Notes under the pieces: model-generated | Told to the model about the DNA's origin: nothing | What the model saw: the letters and a program-made list of their open reading frames with translations, nothing else | The model's database searches: none | In this document: positions 11,902 through 23,387 of the stretch, piece by piece | How the letters are laid out: each line of letters begins with the position of its first letter | Position numbering within the stretch: the stretch's first letter is position 1 | Translations under genes and position numbers: made by a program | NCBI GenBank assembly: GCA_023334545.1 | Contig: JAADVB010000030.1 | Coordinates: 1-64,000 of the forward strand | DNA: 64,000 nt | Direction of reading: 5' to 3' | Origin: Salisapilia sapeloensis CBS 127946 | Lineage: Eukaryota > Protista > Oomycota

Positions 11902-14158
11902 TTGTATGCGACTTGGCAGACGACCATGTATGATTCACCTGAAGCAGAGCCGATGGCAGCTATGTCACTCGCGACATCAAGCAGCAAGACTTCTCCTATC
12001 TCAAAAGAACCGCACGTATCTCTCCGTGTCGACCAGCCAGTCGAGCGGTGTCAGATGCAGGCACACGCCTTCTTTCGCTCCATGGGCAGCATCGCCGACA
12101 AGGACGAAGCCACTCTAGACTTTACATGGTATCGCTCGTCCATGAGTCGAGCGTGTGCCAACGTATCTTGTCCGCGTCAAGGTGACGGCAATGTCCTGCT
12201 CCTCGTTGCCAACATCGAGTGCGTGCTCTGCTGTCGTCTAGGCATCACTCGAGAGCACTCGTGCTTTTGCAGTGCCGAGTGCTTTCGTCTCGCGTGGCAG
12301 CAGCACAAGCAGCTTCATGACGAAGGTACCATTCGTCCATCAAAAAATGAGACAAGTGACTCCATCGTTTGGAAGTCCCAGCAGCAGAACATCAATCGGC
12401 ATTGTCCTCCGCGAGAAGAGTCGTGGATCCAAGTCCGGCGTGGAACGTACGTGGCGACCTAGACCGACCTCGTCGTAGCGTCTAACACGTTGCCTTGTGT
12501 AGTCGAGTGTACATGCCAACGGTAGCCGACGTCGGTCATATCTTGCGAGTAGAATGCACAGTCCGGACACCTTTCGGAGAACAAGTGCTCTCGAGTACGC
12601 AGGACACTGGCATCGTCTTGCCATGTAAGCAACGCCTCGGATGTTTACAGTACAAAAGTTTTTTATTCATATCCTTCTAGTCCCGCCGTACCCTCCGAAG
12701 CGACCAATGCTCGCTGGCTCGTACGGAGACCGGAGTGCGCCTCGTATGCGGCAGGTAGGTGCCTTCCGAGTGCTTACGTACAACATCCTAGCAGAGATCT
12801 ACGCCACACGACAAGTGTATCCGTACTGTCCGATGTGGGCACTCACCTGGCCATTCCGTCGCGAGCTCCTGAAACGAGAGCTGCAGTCGTATAACGCTGA
12901 TATCATCTGTCTACAGGTACTAGCGTCTAGCGAGAGTCTTTCATGTGTGCATACTTAGGCGTAAAGTAGGAAGTACAGGGTGATCACTATAAGAACGATC
13001 TTCATGCTCTCTTCTCGGAGTGGGGGTACGACGGATGGTACGTGAAAAAGACACGAGAGGCCATGGGACTTGAAGGCAAAGTCGACGGCTGTGCTCTCTT
13101 CTACAAGCGAAATCGGTAGGAAATGTCTCGCGCGTCTTGCGTCGATCGAAAAGATAGCTTATGCGTGTCTAGTTTTGTCATGAAAGAGCAGTATCCGATT
13201 GCATTCAATAAGCTCGCACACGAGTTCTTGCGAAACATCTCGGACGAGTACGATCTGACCTATACGACCGGGACAGAAGCAAGCCGGCAGGTGTGTCTCG
13301 ACTGTACACATCGTGGATGTGTCTAGTAACGCGACTATTACAGGCTTTCCAGTCGCGTCTAGCGTGGATGCGAAAGCGTTTGATGCGAGACAATGTGTGT
13401 CAAATGGCGGTCTTGGAAGCCGTGCCGACCAGCAGTGAAACATGTACATCCCACCCTATCACGTCTTGTCTCCTCTTCCTACCATCTCTTGTAATAGCTC
13501 GCACCGGGAAGCAGCAGTCTGGACCTCTTCTCTGCATCGCAAACGTCCACCTCTTCTCGAATCCGCGGTTTCCGGACGTGAAGCTATGGCAAGCCAACGC
13601 GCTGGTCAAGCAGGTAGGTTGTAGCAGACGCTAGATGTTCCTCTTTCTAACGATCGAGTATGCAGATGGAGCAGCTCGTTCTATCTCGAGACCTACCGGT
13701 CATCCTCTGCGGAGACTTTAACAGCGAACCTAGTAGCAGCGTCTACGAGCTGATCAGTCAGAACCACGTGCCGATGAACCATCGCGACTTGGATGCGTGG
13801 AGCAGCATCTACTCGTCTATGGATTTCGGACACGACCTGTCCCTCGCAAGTGCCTACGCGTCGGTCTTTGGCGACGAACCTGAATATACAAACTATACAG
13901 GTACCTTTCCAAGTCCTAGGAAGAATGTATATGTACATAACACTTGAGATAGACCACTGGTCTGGTGTCATCGACTATGTATGGTACTCGCCAGGGAAAC
14001 TATCGGCGTTTGCTGGTCTAAAAGTCCATTCGCCAGACGTCCTGACAGACTACTCGAAGACAGCACTTCCGAACTGTCAGTTCATGTCGGATCATGTAGC
14101 ACTCTGTATCGACTTTTTCTTGACCATGCATTCATCAACGAATGGCACTTTCATGTAA
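11902..14158 (+). CDS. CCR4: CCR4-type EEP deadenylase with N-terminal MYND-like zinc finger (about 9 exons)
   Basis: FRVLTYNILAEIYA, ADIICLQEV, KVDGCALFYKR, ANVHLFSNP, ILCGDFNSEP, IDYVWY and SDH EEP motifs. The Cys/His cluster CANVSC...CVLCC...CFCSAECFRLAWQQHKQLH precedes them. Confidence 0.88.
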
Positions 14159-14341
14159 CAATCATACTAGTGTACGTAGATGTAGATATGCTAAAGGAAT
14201 TGCAACTACATCCTTTCCATTTCCATGCTCTCTTCAAGTTGAAGTTACCTACCCTTTCATTGGCTTAGAAGATACTTGCTGCAATTTCATTCGCTGAAAT
14301 AGGATTGACAAAAGACGAGACGAATACTCGTACAGACAGAC

Positions 14342-16630
14342 ATGGAGACGTCCAAGGTATACGGCGTCCAGCGCGTGTATGACGACTTGCGACCGTCCTT
14401 TGTGACCAAGGATGTACTCAAGCAACTCTCTCAGCTAGATGCAGCCGTTGAAGACGTCTTTGCCCGATTGCAGCAGAAAGTGACGCAGGAAAAGAACCGC
14501 GTGACGGCGATCGACGACCGGATTCGCGTCTGTCAGGCCAAGGTGAACGCCGTCATGGAACGACGGACTTCGAATAAACCTACGACCGTCTTCTCCACCT
14601 CCAAGTACCCTGCACCCAAGCAATTGCCTCCACGCAAGACGCTCTTCCACGATAAACCGTACGCCGATGCACCCATCCAAGTCCCAGAAGACGACGAAGA
14701 CGAGCATTATCTACCAGCAGTACGTCTTCCAACGTTCCTACAAGGTAGATCTATAATATCTCATGGATTCTACTACCATAGGAAGCTCTTCCGGCAGCGA
14801 AACGCAAGCAACAGCTCAATGAGCTCTTGGATCTGTTCGAAAAGGTGAACATGTATCGCGAGACGACGCTCGCTGAAGTCGACATGCTCGAGGTACTCTA
14901 TCCATCTACCCATCCCAATAGTACATGACATCCTGATACACTTGTATGCACAACAGGAAGGATTGGGACCTTTGCCGGAATACGTACCATCCGTCGGTAG
15001 CGTCCTGCTCTTTAACTCGGAGAAGAATCCGTATCAAAAGGTACTTGTATCCGTCCTCTCTCAACACACGAGACTAATACAAGTCTACTAGTACACGTCA
15101 TGGGACAATCTACTCGGCACCGACTACGAAGAGGAAGAAGAGAAGAAGAAGGAGCTGGCCGAAGCTCCCGGCACACTCGTCCATGGCGACGAACTGGTAC
15201 CTCTCTACCCTCTTCTTCCACCTCTACACTCTCTCACAGTCCATAGCCATCGCCACAAGACATCCAATACAAGTACCGACCAGAATACCAAGAGCACGAA
15301 GGCATCTCGGCCAAACTACCTACCAACTTGCCTCTCAGCGACATTGCGCATGAAACGTATACGGACGAGAGCAGCAACAACGCATCTATCGCTCCGTCCT
15401 ACTACCATGATAAGACCCTCCCGGACCTCCCGACTGTCTCCGGCTTTATCCAAGGTCCGACGGCGCTCGAGCCAGCTCAAGGAGACATGCAGGTCGGACC
15501 GACGGAAGAGGCTCCTCCAGCTCCACCAGAGGTCTCTCTAGACCTGACGCAAGCTCATGACGTGCCCCCACCGCCGCCTCCGAGCGACAGCGTCGTGGAG
15601 GAAGACGATGACTCGGTCCCGCCGCCACCTCCGCCCATGAGCGAGATGGGAGACGACGATACGGACACGCCACCTCCTCCACCTATGCCTCCTGCTAATG
15701 AACAGGCAGAAGTAGGCTACTTGTAACATGTGTCGTCTAGTGTATACTAACAAATAGTGTAGGAGGAAGAGGACGAGGCTCCTGCAGACGATGGGAATCC
15801 GCTGAACGCTCTGCTACGAGAGATCCAGAAGCCCAAGATCCAACTGCGCAAGGTCTGTCTCTCTGTCTCGATAGATGACCTCGTGTCTTACTCTTTGACG
15901 TAGGTGGATCCGAATGAACCGCAGGCAGCTGCATCCTCCAAGGCAGAGGTACACGTCTTCCTCTTCCTCTTGATACCGAACGACTAAACGCGCTGTAGGA
16001 ACCGAGTCAACCGACGACCATTGCAGACCAATTGGCTGAGAGACTGCGTCGACGACAGGCTGCACAGAGCGGACGACAGGATATACTGGAGCAGCGACGG
16101 GAGCAGGAGCGACATCGAAAGCCTGTGCAGGTGGTCACTGCGCAAGAGATCTCCGAGTCGGGCGAGCAAAGTGCTCCTCCGCCACCTCCGCCTGTAAACG
16201 ACAGCAACGAGTCGAAACTACCGAGTGTCGCCATGTCCGATGACGGTAGCGACGACAGTGCCTTTAGCGATGGCTCGAGCGGCAAGTCATCCGTCAATGA
16301 AGGCGTACGTCTATGAATACTAAGATGAAGGGATCGAGCTTAACGCTATCGATGGTCTATAGAATGATCTGCTGTCTCAGATCAAGAACCTGCGGCAGAA
16401 GCAAGAGGATGAAGAGAGTGTCAAGCCTCCTCCTCCGACGCAGCCACCAAAGACAGAGGAAAATACCAACCCAGTCGCGAATTTCGAGACGGTACTTTAC
16501 TATTCCTTCTTACTCTTGACGATGTACTAACGTAGTTGCATGACCTTTTCGTCCATAGCAAATGGTCGGACTTCGACGTGACAGTGACGACTCGCTCGAC
16601 ATGTCGGAAGCATCGGAATGGTCCGACTAG
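14342..16630 (+). CDS. WASHC1: WASH complex subunit 1 (WAHD, polyproline, VCA; multi-exon)
   Basis: WAHD signature EGLGPLPEYVPSVGSVLLFNSEKNPYQ and polyproline tracts. WH2 NPLNALLREIQKPKIQLRKV, C-like LAERLRRRQAAQSG, and acidic end DSDDSLDMSEASEWSD* with a terminal Trp. Confidence 0.85.
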
Positions 16631-16680
16631 ATACTTGCTTGGACTCTAGCAATGACATTGGATGCTTCATACATGACCTT

Positions 16681-18405
16681 TTACACACTCATTCGCTCTT
16701 CGTAGTGCCCTCGTACCCTCATACGACCACCTTTAGCTACTATCGATACGTTTCCTGTCGCACTGGACTCGTCCTCTATTTGATTCATACCACCGAGATG
16801 ACAATCGCACTCGACACGACCACAATCTCGGCATATTATCGACTTGTCTCCTTCACGCAGATCCGTCTTGGGCATACGGAACTCAAAGGTGCCAGCTTGG
16901 AGGATACGACGCATGCGAGCTACACCGTCGTCAAATCCTTGCTGGAGACCTGGTCCAGGCTCCATTTTACCTTCCTGCTGCTCCATCGACAGCATCTTTG
17001 CTGCTTCCTGAAGATCCGTAGCAAGCTTCTGCTGTAGATAGCAGCTCTTAGCAAGTGAAAGCACACCGACTTCCTGTCGCGGACGATTCGCACGTAGCAT
17101 TGCTTCCAAAGACGTCAACTCCCGCTCCTGATGTCGCTGGATCACGTGTCTACGGATCGACCTCTCTTTCCATCGCACTCGCTGCTTCCTTACTCTTGCA
17201 GCTTTGTCAGCAGCAAACTTTGTCTCGGCGTTATGCAGCTCTAACTGTCTGTACGTCTCTAGCTCTCTCGTCTCTCGTTGCAATGCTTCTTCGGCATCTC
17301 GCTCTAAATCCTCTAGCTCTAGTCTCAAACTTTCCACCTCGATGTCATAGTCCTTCACCTGTTCCTTTCGAGAGAGAATGTCCTCAACACTGAGCTCTAG
17401 ACTGTAATGTAGAACATGTTTCTCTGTTATGAAAGCTTCATCCCACCCACGATCAATGTCCTCCGGTGTCAGCTTTTCCAACTCTTCCTCTACCTCTGGC
17501 TGTCGTCGCTCCCATTCGATCTGCATATCTTTCAGCTCTCGAATGCGACGCAACGCCTTCGACCGATACCGTATCACTCTCTTCAGATCGGACCGAGCAT
17601 CTACCATATCAAAGTGTATCATCTCTCGCTCTTCTTTCAGCTGTGTCAAGTTCATCGCTTTCCGTTCGATCACAGCACAGAAACGGAATTGCTGCATTTC
17701 CTTTCGAGCCAAGAAACTACGCCACGCTGACTGAATCGCCTTTGCTGCTCGTCCTCCTCTCGAAAGATGCTCTAGTCTACGGCGTAAGAGCTCTCTTCTA
17801 GCTCGAGAGCAACGGTAACCTCGCTGGATGACACTTGCCTGCTTGTGTCGCATCGTCGATCGCAAGCCAAGCAGCTTCTGTCTCACGGCAGCGAAGCGAA
17901 GTCGAGCACGCCACCACTGTTGGAGCGTAATGGCAGACTCTGTCTGGTCTCGTTGTCGATCCATCGCTTGCCGCACCATGTAACCTCGAAATGCAGACTG
18001 GATTTTGATGGCTCGAGCAGGAAGTACATGTGCCAAGAGAAACAAGCGTCGATGGCGTTGCTTGAGCTTGCGAGATAGATAGTTCCTACCTAGAGTACCA
18101 ATCAGCTTCGCTGCATCGCTACGCCGACGATAGGCCACTATCTTCTTCCAATACTGACGGTGCACGTGAGCACGCCAGTACCGCTGAAGTGTGCATATTG
18201 CGTATAGATACCGTCGCCGACGCGATGCGACACGACGAGCTAGATATCCTCGTATTACGCGTGAGAGCCTTGCAGCTGAGTCTACCACTAGAGCTGCCTG
18301 TTGTTGTTGCCGTCTTACTTCTGTTATGTAAGCCTGTTTCCGCTTCCACCAACGCTGGATGGTTAATGCCGATTTCGCCAACACTTTTGAAGTATCATCT
18401 GGCAT
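16681..18405 (-). CDS. Multi-IQ-motif coiled-coil protein
   Basis: 574-aa ORF with about 8 IQ motifs (IQRWWKR, LQRYWRA, IQSAFRGYMVR, LQQWWRA, IQRGYR, IQSAWRSFLAR) followed by heptad-rich coiled coil. Confidence 0.85.
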   Translation of the reverse strand: MPDDTSKVLAKSALTIQRWWKRKQAYITEVRRQQQQAALVVDSAARLSRVIRGYLARRVASRRRRYLYAICTLQRYWRAHVHRQYWKKIVAYRRRSDAAKLIGTLGRNYLSRKLKQRHRRLFLLAHVLPARAIKIQSAFRGYMVRQAMDRQRDQTESAITLQQWWRARLRFAAVRQKLLGLRSTMRHKQASVIQRGYRCSRARRELLRRRLEHLSRGGRAAKAIQSAWRSFLARKEMQQFRFCAVIERKAMNLTQLKEEREMIHFDMVDARSDLKRVIRYRSKALRRIRELKDMQIEWERRQPEVEEELEKLTPEDIDRGWDEAFITEKHVLHYSLELSVEDILSRKEQVKDYDIEVESLRLELEDLERDAEEALQRETRELETYRQLELHNAETKFAADKAARVRKQRVRWKERSIRRHVIQRHQERELTSLEAMLRANRPRQEVGVLSLAKSCYLQQKLATDLQEAAKMLSMEQQEGKMEPGPGLQQGFDDGVARMRRILQAGTFEFRMPKTDLREGDKSIICRDCGRVECDCHLGGMNQIEDESSATGNVSIVAKGGRMRVRGHYEERMSV

Positions 18406-19264
18406 TCGGTCTACGCAATCGAATAAGGTAAATCAGTCGCTGTGTGCAAATTAAGCGCTTTAATGAGTACAAAATTCGCCTGTTTGCTACGCCATACCTT
18501 CCATTGAGCATCAAGTATCGTAGTGACGAGTGCGATAGTCATTGAAACGGTCGTCTAGTATATCTGAAAAAGTAGACTGGATGGTATTATGCTAAAGTAA
18601 TTTTCACGTGAAAACAAACATTTATTAGTGATATGTCTTTATTCTACCCTTCTAGTGTGCATTCATGCAAGGTTTGGAAACAAAGGTATGGGCGTAGTTG
18701 AAGTAAAGTTGAAGTATCCGTGGCTCTTCAAGATTACGCTGGTGGTGACCGCCTTAGCTAAGCGAATGATCTTCGCATCCATACTGTCTCTAACTTTACA
18801 AAGCTATGTTCGATATATTTTACACACAACTATCCTTTCAGCAGCCATGGCCGTGTTCGTTGAGCAGATAATTCAGTACTCAGTAAGGAATAGTCAGCAT
18901 TATGCAACCAAACATGTATGAATTGTAACAGGGATTAATGCCTGAATCTTTGGTGGTCCGTTCTAGGCCTACATCGCTATGTTCCTTCCCTTTTCACGTG
19001 TATCGTCCGTTCCTCTGTCATTTCTCCGCGGGAATCGTGTCGAGCGTATCGTGGTAGATCGCCGGAAGTCCTTCAGGTTGAAGTTGCATTCGATTTACTT
19101 GCGACATTGAGCTCTTCGCTGTTTTACTAGGACGGCGTACAGTGCGAGTCGTAAATGTCAACCAATTATTTCGCCCACCACTGTACTATGCCTGTTCCGA
19201 AATAGTAGCGAAGAGCTAACTAGCGCAAGTAAAGCGAAGAGCTCACCAAGTGAAGCTACTCTTT

Positions 19265-19280
19265 CGCGCGCATTTTCAAA
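19265..19280 (+). promoter_or_regulatory. E2F/CDE-N4-CHR-like bipartite element (CGCGCG-CATT-TTCAAA)
   Basis: Exact match to SSSSSS-N4-TTYRAA, preceded by TTT (TTTCGCGC is an E2F consensus). An Inr-like TCATTTC lies about 50 nt downstream. Function is not shown. Confidence 0.3.
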
Positions 19281-19831
19281 TTTGCACACTTCGAGCACCA
19301 GGCGTGACTTGAAGTCTTCTCGAAGATCATTTCCTCATGGTTGGATCCAAGACGAACGATCACTTGCTCTTGTACTCCCTCTTTGGCGGGAAAGTGATAT
19401 TGAAGTGCTACGTTAGGTTTCCAATGTCAAGTTGTAAAACGAAATGGGCAATCGTTCGCGAACATGGAATTTGTCGATTCAATTATCACGAACAAAATGA
19501 CATAATCAAAATCCCCAATTCCTCTGAACACTGACTCAGTGTGAACACAGCCGAAATGTAAGGACAACCATGAAAGTATCTTAGCGCACTAGACTTCAAC
19601 AACAGGATCCAAGTAACCTCCATGCAATCAACAATACAGTCACACCCATGCCGCCCAACGCACTATCGCCCTTCTCGTCTTAACACCAGAAACAAAAAAG
19701 ATAACAACGTCCACATAATCATATAGATCCAATGCAGATACGCATCGCTTCCCATCCTCCTCCTTTCTAACTGCTACCTAACATCTTCCATTCACGTTAC
19801 AAACATCGGACACGAATCAGAGTTTTTCGCA

Positions 19832-22800
19832 ATGGAGGCGTATCAAGAGGCGAGCGAGCCTCCGCAGCCGCTCGTAGCAGCCTTGGGCGCTCGTGAACTC
19901 CAGTCACGCGTCCTGCAGCCCATTCGGCTCATCAACGAAGCTTTTTCACCCCGATTATCCTTCACAGAGCTTCCTACCTCCCATGAATTCCCATTAAAAA
20001 AGGAACTAAGAGAGAAACCAGGTACTTTTACCCAAATGCAGAGAGACTTTGACGGGTACTCTGTCGAAGGAATTCTCAAAGCCCAGTGGCTTAATAAACA
20101 CCGTCACGTCCTTCCGTCCGTCGTTCTCCTCTTCCATGAACTCGACCCTCGATGCAGTCATCTCGAGTGGCAGCGAGCAGAGAACTTTTTAAAGGAACAA
20201 GTAGTAAACACTAGACGCATGGTAGCTGGTAGAGAATGTCGAGTCTTACTTTTACTCTTGGATAAACCCGAGACGGAGGGAGCGAACGTGCCGACTGCAG
20301 TGGAAGAGCGTCTAGCAGGGCTACGTCGTCGATTCGAAATGGACTCTCGATCCCTCGTTCTCCTCCGTCCAAGAGATCTAACGCCCCAATCCACAGTCAT
20401 CCTAAAACTCGAAGCCACCATCCGGAACGCTTCTCTAGAGTACTACAAAGCCCAGTCGAAACGTGTGAAACGGTACAAGAAGCTCGTGCCCAAGACCACC
20501 TACCTCGCTCTCCACGCTCGCTATAGCTTTAAGATCGCGCATTACTACGAATTCAGACGATACACGACGAAAGTAATTGAAAACTACGAAGCAGCATACA
20601 AGGAAGCCTTGTCGCTCGGTGGTCTCGACGGTGGATCCATCTCCGACTCCTTCATCATGTCTTCTGATGGTGTCATCAGCTTCTCGCAGCTCAAAACCTT
20701 TGCCGAGTACGTCCACTTGAAGCTCTGCTACTACTACATGCTCCACTCGAACAACGTCAAAGCTGCCGTCGAGCAGTTCTATCGCCATATTAACGCCTAT
20801 TCGCATGCCAAAGGACCTGTCGACCGACTCTACGAGCACTGGGCGTGGGTATCTCGACAATACCACGTCTTTGCGCAGCTCCTAGTGCAAGCAACGACAG
20901 CTCGAGGGTCCCTCCCGGTCCTCGGCATCGGTTCGGACGTCTACAAGGAGCCATACATGTACTTTAGCACTGCTGCAAAGTACGAAATGGTCCGTCGGAA
21001 GGCAGCAGCACGTCTATCTGTCGATACGGACATGCATGATCAATATACGTTTATGTCTTCTGTCTTTCTCGGTGGTGACGGAGTCATGTTGGACTCTAGC
21101 AACACACCCTCGACGTCTGCTCTCACGCACTACCGCCATACGCTCGAGCGTCAAGTGCCGCATACAAAGCAGACGATATACCTGCTAGAACAAGCAGTCG
21201 TGTACCTCTCGTCGTATGTCTCGACGCACAAACGTCCTCGCAATCGTCTCAAGAGTCGACTCATGATGCAAATGGGCGCCGAGCGACTCGCGGCAGGACA
21301 ATTGGATCGGGCTAAGGTCGAACTACAGAAAGCCAAGCTCATCGCGTCTGCGGAAAAGTGGCATGCACAGTCGGCGCAGGTGCTACAGCAGCTCCTCGAG
21401 TGCACGCGTCTCCTAGGGGACGTCGAGGCGTACGTTGAGTGTGGTCTGCAGCTCCTGGCACCAAACCTCAAGCCGTTCGTGCCGGTGGAAGACCGACGGA
21501 ACGTGCAAGCATCAATCCTGTTGGCTTGGAGAGACCCTGCCAAGGTCGGGGACGCTTTCGTCTCGACTGAAAGCTTGAGCTCCCTCCGGATCGACGTACC
21601 TCCTCGACAATCTGTGTTGACAGTCCACGTCGACTTTGCTCCGCCGGTAGCTGCCGTCAAAGAACAAGTGTCGATACTAGTACGCGTAGAGTCGGAGCTT
21701 GTTGACGTCGTGTACTTGGATAAGATGGAGCTGTGCTTCAATGACGATCGATACAACGTCGTCGTCTACCACGCCGACACCCAAGAGCTAGTATACGACG
21801 ACACTAGAGGCGTCTTGACGACGTCCTTGGCGCTTGCTCCAAAGCAAGAGAAGACACTCGAGATACCTCTTTCCATCCGACCTCATTGTTCCGTCCTGCA
21901 GTACACTGAGACTCGCTTCTTCCTGTCGAAAGATCCTGGTACAGAGGATACGGCCGAGTACCTAGAGCTCTCGACGCCTCTAGCACCCGACACCTCCGAC
22001 AAGCCGTTGATGAATGCCCAGACGCCACAGATGGGACAAGGTCCTGGATCCCCGAGCTTTGCTAGTCGAAAGTCCATGTTCTCGGAGGAAGATGTAGATA
22101 GGAATAAGCCGCACCGATCGTTTCTTTCCATTCGTCCCCCAGTCGCGAAAGCACAGATCCAACTGCTGTCGACGACCGACGTCCTGGCGAATGACTTTCG
22201 ATACTTGTCCTTCCAAATCGACTCGAACGGAGATGTCATGTCCCATGTCGTCTTGAACGTCACGTGTGATCCAGCTCCGACGTCCGAAGCGTATGAGGAC
22301 GCTGTCCTCTTCACGTATGAAGATGGAGCGTACCATCCACTTGCGTTAGATCCACATTCGTACCAGTTGTCCCATGGCATATCTCTACCAGACCAAGAAG
22401 CAGACGCTAGTAGCCGAACACATATCGTCGTTCGTGTCCCGAAAGCATGCTCCATGACCTTGGTGGCCTCCGTCTCGTATGAGAACATCGGAGGCATCCA
22501 AGTTTCCACATCCGTCCAGACGGACCTCGTTGCTCGACATCCGTTCTCCATGTATAACCTTCTGCTCACAGACACGCCGCAACGTCCGACGTGGACGACA
22601 AATGGTGGTCTCTCGTCTGCGTCGGATGCTGTGGTTGGTGTCAGCTCCACGCTCGTGGGGCAGATTGTCTGCGATGCACCCGAGACACTAGACCTCTTGC
22701 GTATGCAGTTCGTTGCGTCTGATAGTATTGATAGTCTCGCAGACATCTATCCTTGTGGTTTCGATGAACACACGCATGTCTTATCGACTGGAGACATGCA

Positions 22801-23311
22801 TACGTTCCAGCTACGACTTACGCCTACACGTCCATCTCCTAGTCTCACGCTCGGGTACGTCCAACTCGATTGGAAACGTAGTGGAGAGGATACGCCTGTC
22901 ACGTGTCTCTTCCATCTACCTCCTCTTGCTTTCGTCCAAGCACCTGTATCCATACGTCTGGACACGCCTCCGTATGGAACGGAAGGCAAGATGCTCCAGA
23001 TGCGGCTTCACGTCAAGAACAACCAAGCAGCCTTACAGTCCATTCGGATGAAGCTCCAGGACGGTACGTCTGACTTCTTCCTCCAAGGTCGACTGCAGGC
23101 AGATGAAGAGCTCCTGCCAGAAGAAAATCGGACTTTTACACTAGGTCTCGTCCCGACACACACCGGTTTCCTCCACTTGCCTACCGTCGAGATCCACTCT
23201 TTGACACATGGAGGTACAATTTCCTCGACGAAAGACCAACCGCGAGTCTTTATTTTGCCGGCAGGTTCCTCTTCTGTCACGAATGCGAGTACCTCGATGG
23301 TACCGAGTTGA
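19832..23311 (+). CDS. TRAPPC11: Trafficking protein particle complex subunit 11 (Foie gras/Gryzun domains)
   Basis: 1159-aa intronless ORF. GILKAQWLNKHRHVLPSVV, ARYSFKIAHYYEFRR, HWAWVSRQYHVFAQLL and C-terminal LVPTHTGFLHLPTVEI match TRAPPC11. Confidence 0.93.
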   Translation: MEAYQEASEPPQPLVAALGARELQSRVLQPIRLINEAFSPRLSFTELPTSHEFPLKKELREKPGTFTQMQRDFDGYSVEGILKAQWLNKHRHVLPSVVLLFHELDPRCSHLEWQRAENFLKEQVVNTRRMVAGRECRVLLLLLDKPETEGANVPTAVEERLAGLRRRFEMDSRSLVLLRPRDLTPQSTVILKLEATIRNASLEYYKAQSKRVKRYKKLVPKTTYLALHARYSFKIAHYYEFRRYTTKVIENYEAAYKEALSLGGLDGGSISDSFIMSSDGVISFSQLKTFAEYVHLKLCYYYMLHSNNVKAAVEQFYRHINAYSHAKGPVDRLYEHWAWVSRQYHVFAQLLVQATTARGSLPVLGIGSDVYKEPYMYFSTAAKYEMVRRKAAARLSVDTDMHDQYTFMSSVFLGGDGVMLDSSNTPSTSALTHYRHTLERQVPHTKQTIYLLEQAVVYLSSYVSTHKRPRNRLKSRLMMQMGAERLAAGQLDRAKVELQKAKLIASAEKWHAQSAQVLQQLLECTRLLGDVEAYVECGLQLLAPNLKPFVPVEDRRNVQASILLAWRDPAKVGDAFVSTESLSSLRIDVPPRQSVLTVHVDFAPPVAAVKEQVSILVRVESELVDVVYLDKMELCFNDDRYNVVVYHADTQELVYDDTRGVLTTSLALAPKQEKTLEIPLSIRPHCSVLQYTETRFFLSKDPGTEDTAEYLELSTPLAPDTSDKPLMNAQTPQMGQGPGSPSFASRKSMFSEEDVDRNKPHRSFLSIRPPVAKAQIQLLSTTDVLANDFRYLSFQIDSNGDVMSHVVLNVTCDPAPTSEAYEDAVLFTYEDGAYHPLALDPHSYQLSHGISLPDQEADASSRTHIVVRVPKACSMTLVASVSYENIGGIQVSTSVQTDLVARHPFSMYNLLLTDTPQRPTWTTNGGLSSASDAVVGVSSTLVGQIVCDAPETLDLLRMQFVASDSIDSLADIYPCGFDEHTHVLSTGDMHTFQLRLTPTRPSPSLTLGYVQLDWKRSGEDTPVTCLFHLPPLAFVQAPVSIRLDTPPYGTEGKMLQMRLHVKNNQAALQSIRMKLQDGTSDFFLQGRLQADEELLPEENRTFTLGLVPTHTGFLHLPTVEIHSLTHGGTISSTKDQPRVFILPAGSSSVTNASTSMVPS

Positions 23312-23387
23312 AGTGGAAGACGTAGAATAGCGCGTGAACCCAAAATAAACCCTACGCGTTAAATTTACATTTGAAAAATTCGATAGA

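Noticed and set aside
12450-13950. Introner-like (repeated, mobile) introns
   Set aside because: The CCR4 introns, and others read by eye, share only donor, branch and acceptor signals, not body sequence.
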